Assembly (NCBI GenBank): GCA_017621455.1
Contig: JAGATC010000017.1
Location: forward strand, 113,172-177,171
Reading direction: 5' to 3'
Length of the DNA stretch: 64,000 nucleotides
Source: Alistipes sp.
Lineage (GTDB): Bacteria; Bacteroidota; Bacteroidia; Bacteroidales; Rikenellaceae
This document shows, piece by piece, positions 58,235-64,000 of the stretch (its first letter is position 1; every line of letters begins with the position of its first letter). The notes under the pieces are model-generated. The model was not told where the DNA came from, searched no databases, and was given only the letters and a program-made list of their open reading frames with translations. The position numbers and the translations under genes are program-made.

Positions 58235-60388
58235 TTAGTTATTTGTGGCACCAAACATATCGTACAGAGGCGATGGGATAGTGACATAGAAGTTAGCATC
58301 TGCCTCTATTGCAAGACGATACATCTGCTCCGCCTTTTTTGTTTTACCCGATAATAGTGCCATCTCACCCTGGATATTGTAGTATTGCGCACACTCGCCA
58401 TACATCGACTTGTATCGCTCCAATGCACTCTTCACATCGCCCGTACGACCCGAGCCGTGAAGAGCAATGATATAGCCTCTATATGCCAAGCCATGCTCAT
58501 AAGCCACCGCCTCGGCACCGTACGTCGCGTATAGCTCATCCATAATGCCTACCGCTGCTTCAGCCTTTTCGAGCGACTTTACGTACTTTGCCTGGTCGTT
58601 GTAGAGCGACATAAAGTTGATGTTTATGCGTGCATACTCGAGCTTCACATCGGGCAGTGGTGAGCGCTCGTAAAGTTCGCTGATAAAGCCCAAGGCGCGG
58701 TCGTAGTATATTTCGCTCTTAGCATATAGCTTACTCATATAGGCGAGGTATCCCAAGTTGTTGAGCGTCTGGTAGTAGCTCATACCATGCATACCAGGGC
58801 TCTGCTTATATAACTTCTGCACATACTCGTATGCCTCTTCCATATACTCCAACGCCTTAACATTATCACCCAGAGCGTTATACATATAGCCCATGTTTAA
58901 GTGAATTTCAAAGAGGCTGGTGTTATACTTTTCGGGATTGTACGTATATAACATATCGCATAACTCTATAGCAAAGTCGTATGACTTAAGTGCAGCGTCG
59001 AAGTCACCTATCTCGGTATATGCTCTTGCAAGTCCTGAGTATGCCACCATAAGTGAGTGCTGCGACTCAATCTTATCGATCATCACAGCACTATCCTTCG
59101 CTATACTAGTATACAAAGCTGCCTGTATATTAAAGACATCAATAGCCTCACGCCACATGCCTCGTACCACATACATATAACCCAACGAGTTGGCCGCACT
59201 CGACCTGGCTATAGGGTGCGCATACTCCGCGTCGAGAATGGGCGTAAGCACCTCTATCGCCTTATCGAACTCACCTTTGATTACGTATATCTCGCCCATG
59301 TTCTGCAGATGGACGTAATACATAGCCTCATCCTCCGAACATACCGCTAAGCCCGCCATTGCATACTCGAGAGCCTTATCTGCATCGCGTAATAAGATAT
59401 AGGCACTCGCGAGGTTGTGACATGCGTCAGAGTAGGTGTCAACATCGGGATTAGACTGCAATACGAGTAGCGACACCTCCACCGAGCGCTCTACGTCGCC
59501 CTGCTGAATGAGGAAGCTGGCGTAGTCGCTCGCAGCCTTAGTGTTGGTGACATCTACCGCAAGGATTTTCTCATATAGGTCGTAGACCTTTTGGAAGTTC
59601 TCCTCGCCTCCCGCCAATAGGTATATAAGCACCTGACGCTCAATGGCCTCGTAGGTCTGCGCAATCTCGGCATTCATCTTATCCAACTCCTCGTTACGCT
59701 GCTCCACCTGACGGATATATGTCTCGAGAAACCTCTGGTCTTCGTACATCTGTATCGCTTCATCTATGCGTCCCTCCTCTATGGCTGCCACAATCTCCTT
59801 CTCTACAACCGACAGGTTCTCAAGGTCGATGCGCGCAAAGCGGTCGATGTAGCTTGTGAGGTCCTGCAGGCGCTGCTCATACTCGTTCACAAGGCGTGTA
59901 CGCTCCTCTTCGTAGGCCTGCTCCGAGATACGATTCTGCTGACGCTCCTGCTCGAGGCGTTCCAACATGCGCTCATGCTGCACACGGTAGCTATTCGAGC
60001 AGTTTGAGTAGTAGCGGTCGCATAGATTCTTGAAATTGGCACTCTTTACCATAACGATAACAAAGGGCTCATCTACGCTGATGTTCCACTGCTCCAGTGC
60101 GTCGAGGTTAAGAATCTCGTAGCCCTCCTTTACGATGCTTGTCACGCTCACACGCTGTCCTGGTCGCATGGTGCGGAACTCGAGGATAAAGCGACCATCT
60201 TGTGCCGACACAGTAGAGCCCGCATTCTTGATGTTTATCTCTACGCCCGAAAGGGGAGTCTTCTGGTTTTCACCGTTATACTCTTTGATGTATCCGACCT
60301 GCTGGGTCTGTGCCTCGGCCGTGAATATACCCACCTGTGCAACGACTATCGCTGTTGCGAAAAGGGTTTTGAGGAGATTTCGTCTCAT
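58235..60388 (-). CDS. Secreted TPR-repeat protein with N-terminal carboxypeptidase-regulatory-like domain
   Basis: Signal MRRNLL...AEA; PLSGVEI..STVSAQDGRF; coiled coil; many TPR-like repeats (ANSLGYMY, NNLGYLAY); -7 box TATATTTG at 60413-60420 favours the 60388 start. Confidence 0.82.
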   Translation of the reverse strand: MRRNLLKTLFATAIVVAQVGIFTAEAQTQQVGYIKEYNGENQKTPLSGVEINIKNAGSTVSAQDGRFILEFRTMRPGQRVSVTSIVKEGYEILNLDALEQWNISVDEPFVIVMVKSANFKNLCDRYYSNCSNSYRVQHERMLERLEQERQQNRISEQAYEEERTRLVNEYEQRLQDLTSYIDRFARIDLENLSVVEKEIVAAIEEGRIDEAIQMYEDQRFLETYIRQVEQRNEELDKMNAEIAQTYEAIERQVLIYLLAGGEENFQKVYDLYEKILAVDVTNTKAASDYASFLIQQGDVERSVEVSLLVLQSNPDVDTYSDACHNLASAYILLRDADKALEYAMAGLAVCSEDEAMYYVHLQNMGEIYVIKGEFDKAIEVLTPILDAEYAHPIARSSAANSLGYMYVVRGMWREAIDVFNIQAALYTSIAKDSAVMIDKIESQHSLMVAYSGLARAYTEIGDFDAALKSYDFAIELCDMLYTYNPEKYNTSLFEIHLNMGYMYNALGDNVKALEYMEEAYEYVQKLYKQSPGMHGMSYYQTLNNLGYLAYMSKLYAKSEIYYDRALGFISELYERSPLPDVKLEYARININFMSLYNDQAKYVKSLEKAEAAVGIMDELYATYGAEAVAYEHGLAYRGYIIALHGSGRTGDVKSALERYKSMYGECAQYYNIQGEMALLSGKTKKAEQMYRLAIEADANFYVTIPSPLYDMFGATNN

Positions 60389-60499
60389 ATTGTTGGGATT
60401 GTAATATTTATGCAAATATATACATTTTTTTTAAATCGTACAACACCTTGCCCCACGACCATTTTTTTATCAACAGGGGTAATGACCCATTATCACAAT

Positions 60500-60712
60500 A
60501 AATTTCTTGTCAGAAGAGATTAGATCTTTCGACTGCGCTTCGCTACGCTCAAGATGACATGCAGTGAGGGCACCACGGCCTAATTTCTTGTCAGAAGGGT
60601 GCCGAGTGCAACACTCGGCAAAAATACCACCGATGGGTAGTACTTAGACGTACGTCCCATTGGTGGCATTTTTTGTTAGGGGCCGCAATCGACCCCTTAT
60701 CACAAGAAATTA
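60500..60712. mobile_element. Composite repeat: REP-like unit plus family A MITE-like copy 6
   Basis: 60500-60600 is a near-identical direct repeat of 56919-57018; ends CCCTTATCACAAGAAATTA. Confidence 0.7.
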
Positions 60713-60713
60713 T

Positions 60714-61373
60714 CTACTCGATGTAGTATGCCTTCGAGGCATCACGCGCAGGGGCAGCGGGAGCTTCACCTGCGGGATAGCCAAAGGCGATAGCTATCTG
60801 TAGGTGGTAACCCTCGGGGAGGTCGAGACGCTCGAGGTAGGGCTTTGCAGCGTCGGAGTTCATCACAGGGATGACACTACCAAGGCAGCATGAGCCTATG
60901 CCCATGCTCCACGCCGAGAGCATCATATTCTCGGCCAAGAGACCAGAGTCGAACTCACCGCTATAGCTCTCATCCGGCACGGCGATAAATGCCACGGTGG
61001 GAGCATTGCGGAAGAAGTTGCGGAAGTTGGGTTGCTCCTTAAGCTGGGGCATCTGCTCCACAGCGATAGCTGTCACGCCATCGATAAAGTCGGGAGCATC
61101 GACCACACGCACCGCCCACGCCTGCATATTCATAGCGCTGGGGGCGTAGATGCCGCACTCAAGAATCTTTGCCATCTGGTCGCGGTCTACAGGCTCTGCC
61201 TTATAGTCGCGCACCGAACGACGCGTCATAATATTCTCAACAACAGCACTCTCCTTGTCGCAAGTGCACTGCTCACACTCTTTTTCGGCGCACTCGTTCG
61301 AGCAGCAACCAACCATTGTCGCAGCACCTACAAAGGCTACTGCAAATTTAGCCAACTTGTTCATAACCATCAT
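60714..61373 (-). CDS. Nitroreductase family protein with lipoprotein-like signal
   Basis: TRRSVRDY, APSAMNMQAW, SAWSMGIGSC, AFGYP; MVGC lipobox. Confidence 0.88.
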   Translation of the reverse strand: MMVMNKLAKFAVAFVGAATMVGCCSNECAEKECEQCTCDKESAVVENIMTRRSVRDYKAEPVDRDQMAKILECGIYAPSAMNMQAWAVRVVDAPDFIDGVTAIAVEQMPQLKEQPNFRNFFRNAPTVAFIAVPDESYSGEFDSGLLAENMMLSAWSMGIGSCCLGSVIPVMNSDAAKPYLERLDLPEGYHLQIAIAFGYPAGEAPAAPARDASKAYYIE

Positions 61374-62614
61374 TATAAGTTAATTAGTTTACCTTTAAGT
61401 ACTATGTCGCGAATAATGGGGGTCTGATGTGCATAGGGCAGGTATGCCAACGAGGGCAGAGGCTTCGTTAAGTAGAAGTTGGCCACCTTACCGCGCGTGA
61501 TAGAGCCGTAGTCGCGACTCTCACCCATAGCGCATGCCGAGTTAAGCGTAGCAGCGTTGAGTGCCTCGGCGGGTGTCATCTTCATCTTGATGGAGCCGAG
61601 CGATACCACAAAGCGCATATTGCCCGAGGGTGCGGTGCCAGGGTTGAAGTCCGAGGCGAGAGCCACGGCCAAGCCCGCATCTATCATCTTGCGTGCAGGA
61701 GGGTATGTGATGCCGAGGAAGAAGGCGCAACCGGGCAGCATAGTGGGCATCGTCTCCGTGCCACGCAACGCCTCAATCTGCTCATCACCCATCGACTCGA
61801 GGTGGTCGACAGATAGGGCCTTATGCTCCACGCCAATCTCCACGCCACCAGAAACGGCAAGCTCGTTAGCATGAATCTTCGCACGCATACCATACTTCGC
61901 TCCCGCAGCCATAATCTTTGCCGTCTCCTCAACGGTGAAGAAGCCACGGTCACAGAATACGTCGACAAAGTCGGCAAGACCCTCTGCGGCAACCGCGGGA
62001 ATCATATCGTTGCACACGTGGTCGACATACTCCGCCTGACGACCCTTATAGGCGCGGCCCACGGCATGTGCGCCAAGGAACGTAGCACGCACGGCGATAG
62101 GTGCCGTCTCGCGGATGCGGCGGATAACGCGCAAGATTTTGAGCTCGTCCTCCAACGTGAGACCATAGCCCGACTTAATCTCCACAAGGCCTGTACCCAT
62201 TCGGATAATCTCCTCGACACGCTCCATAGCCTGACGATATAGCTCATCCTCCGAGGTATCGTGCAGGCGGTCGGCAGAGTTAAGGATGCCACCACCACGC
62301 TTTGCTATCTCCTCGTATGAGAGGCCGTTAATCTTATCGAGGAACTCCTGCTCGCGGCTACCAGCATAGACAATGTGTGTATGCGAGTCGCAGAACGAGG
62401 GGAAGAGCCAACCACCCTTGGCATCGAGGATGTCGCAACCCTCCGCAGAGGGTAGCGACTCCATAGTGCCATAGTCCTTAATACGCTCGCCATCCGTAAG
62501 CAGCCACGCATTCTCAAGGGTTGCAATGTCAGCCATCGCCTTACCCTCGACCTTGAGGCGGCCACTCTCGTCGATGCCGACGAGCACACCTATGTTTTTA
62601 ACGAGCAAGCTCAT
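61373..62614 (-). CDS. hutI: Imidazolonepropionase
   Basis: DSHTH, GGGILNS, EIKSGYG, FLGAH, HANEL, ALASDFNPG. Confidence 0.95.
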   Translation of the reverse strand: MSLLVKNIGVLVGIDESGRLKVEGKAMADIATLENAWLLTDGERIKDYGTMESLPSAEGCDILDAKGGWLFPSFCDSHTHIVYAGSREQEFLDKINGLSYEEIAKRGGGILNSADRLHDTSEDELYRQAMERVEEIIRMGTGLVEIKSGYGLTLEDELKILRVIRRIRETAPIAVRATFLGAHAVGRAYKGRQAEYVDHVCNDMIPAVAAEGLADFVDVFCDRGFFTVEETAKIMAAGAKYGMRAKIHANELAVSGGVEIGVEHKALSVDHLESMGDEQIEALRGTETMPTMLPGCAFFLGITYPPARKMIDAGLAVALASDFNPGTAPSGNMRFVVSLGSIKMKMTPAEALNAATLNSACAMGESRDYGSITRGKVANFYLTKPLPSLAYLPYAHQTPIIRDIVLKGKLINL

Positions 62615-63998
62615 AGTCGTTAAGGAAGGTTACAGATGTTGCAATATGTGGGTACATAACGGTGTCGTTATCCACGAAGGGGACAACCTTGCGGTATGCC
62701 TCGAAGATAGCCTCAACGGCAGCCGACGACTTAAGCGAGGTCATCTGGTGGCGGAACTCGAGTGCCTGTGCCGAGTTCATAAGCTCGATAGCCAACACGC
62801 GCTCGGTGTTCTTAACCACTCTCCAGAGCTTCGTAGCGGCATTAGAACCCATACTTACGTGGTCCTCCTGACCCTGCGACGAGGGGATAGAGTCGCACGA
62901 AGCAGGCCAGCACAAGCCCTTAGTCTGGCTAACGATAGATGCCGCCGTATACTGTGGAATCATAAAGCCCGAGTTAAGACCAGGGTTAGCCACGAGGAAG
63001 TTAGGCAGGTTACGAGCGCCAGAGATTAGTTTGTAGGTACGACGCTCCGAGATATTGCCCAACTCCGCCACGGCGATAGCCAAGAAGTCCATGGCTACGG
63101 CGATAGGCTGGCCGTGGAAGTTGCCTGCAGAGATAACCTCGTCGGTATCGGGGAATACGGTTGGGTTGTCGGTAGCCGAGTTAATCTCGGTCTCGAGCAC
63201 CGATGCTACGTATGCAATGGTATCCTTCGACGCACCGTGTACCTGTGGGATGCAACGGAACGAATATGGATCCTGAACGTGCTGCTTGGGCTGCTTTGCA
63301 ATCTCCGAGCCCGCCAGGAGCTCACGGAAGTTGCGCGCGGTCTCAATCTGGCCGTTGTGAGGACGGATGGCGTGCACGTTGTGCTCGAAGGGCTCCATGC
63401 GACCATCAAAGGCATCGAGCGACATGGCACCGATAGAGTCAGCCCAACGGCTCAAGCGCTGTGCGTTGATAAGCGAGTATACGCCGTATGCCGACATAAA
63501 CTGTGTGCCGTTAAGTAGAGCAAGGCCCTCCTTCGAGCAGAGTGTGATAGGCTCCCAGCCCATCTTCTCCATCATTACGCTACCCTCGACCACCTCGCCG
63601 TCAATCTCCACGTGGCCGAGGCCAAGCAGTGGCAAGCACATATGTGCCAAGGGTGAGAGGTCACCCGAAGCACCCAACGAGCCCTGCTCGTAGACTACGG
63701 GGATGATGTTGTTGTTGAACATCTCGATAAGGCGCTCTACGGTAATAAGCTGCACGCCCGAGTGGCCATAAGACAACGACTGCACCTTGAGCAGAATCAT
63801 CAATCGAGCAATCTCCGAGGGCACACGGTCACCAGTACCGCAGGCGTGCGACATGGTGAGGTTCTTCTGCAACTGCGACAGCTCCTCCTTACCTACCGAG
63901 ATGTTACACAACGAGCCGAAGCCTGTGGTTACGCCATAGATGGGACGCCCAGCATCCTCCATCTTTCTGTCGAGGTACTCACGGCACTTATTGATGCG
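62598..63998 (-). CDS. hutH: Histidine ammonia-lyase, 5' end beyond window
   Basis: YGVTTGFG, GASGDL (MIO triad), QDPYSFRC, GNFHGQP, QEDHVSMG; frame stays open to the window end (RINKCREYLDRKM). Confidence 0.96.
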   Translation of the reverse strand, partial: RINKCREYLDRKMEDAGRPIYGVTTGFGSLCNISVGKEELSQLQKNLTMSHACGTGDRVPSEIARLMILLKVQSLSYGHSGVQLITVERLIEMFNNNIIPVVYEQGSLGASGDLSPLAHMCLPLLGLGHVEIDGEVVEGSVMMEKMGWEPITLCSKEGLALLNGTQFMSAYGVYSLINAQRLSRWADSIGAMSLDAFDGRMEPFEHNVHAIRPHNGQIETARNFRELLAGSEIAKQPKQHVQDPYSFRCIPQVHGASKDTIAYVASVLETEINSATDNPTVFPDTDEVISAGNFHGQPIAVAMDFLAIAVAELGNISERRTYKLISGARNLPNFLVANPGLNSGFMIPQYTAASIVSQTKGLCWPASCDSIPSSQGQEDHVSMGSNAATKLWRVVKNTERVLAIELMNSAQALEFRHQMTSLKSSAAVEAIFEAYRKVVPFVDNDTVMYPHIATSVTFLNDYELAR

Positions 63999-64000
63999 AG

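Noticed and set aside
967-63693. Numerous long antisense or alternate-frame ORFs (e.g. 11922-12743, 21914-22825, 53446-54210)
   Set aside because: They lie wholly over well-supported housekeeping genes and have no motifs; this is expected from biased codon usage in a moderately GC-rich genome.

Overview
A 64-kb chromosomal segment of a Bacteroidota bacterium, probably Bacteroidales or Rikenellaceae-like. This is inferred from TTTG-N18-20-TAnnTTTG promoters, the MurF-Alr fusion, the mutL-rhomboid-EEP block and the LptD-like gene. The backbone is housekeeping: valS, rnhA, rpmI-rplT, mutL, dnaJ-grpE, murF/alr, mutS2, mlaD-amidase-lptD, rsmE, two M3 peptidases, aspA, gadB, gpx, two TlpA genes, ruvC, lpxD, coaD, metK with a SAM-II-like riboswitch, hutI-hutH, tRNA-Arg(ACG) and tRNA-Leu(GAG). 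A six-gene Ehr (hydrogenase-4-like) operon has lost its NiFe ligands and most of its Fe-S ligands. Accessory DNA sits at about 37.4-39.6, 41.4-42.9, 44.5-50.1 and 56.9-60.7 kb. Highlights: (1) a three-gene radical SAM/SPASM RiPP-like operon whose signal-peptide-bearing precursor carries five H-x-D-x-H-x-N repeats, preceded by an unannotated 50-aa lipoprotein; (2) a ~235-nt structured leader present twice, with compensatory base changes and a terminator; (3) self-contained modules (Fic, zeta-like pair, RiPP operon), each followed by a shared 14-15 bp core; (4) a TIR-TM-periplasmic-domain protein plus a secreted TPR protein between direct repeats; (5) a MITE-like family sitting at gene 3' ends. 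All calls come from reading motifs by eye; no searches were run.
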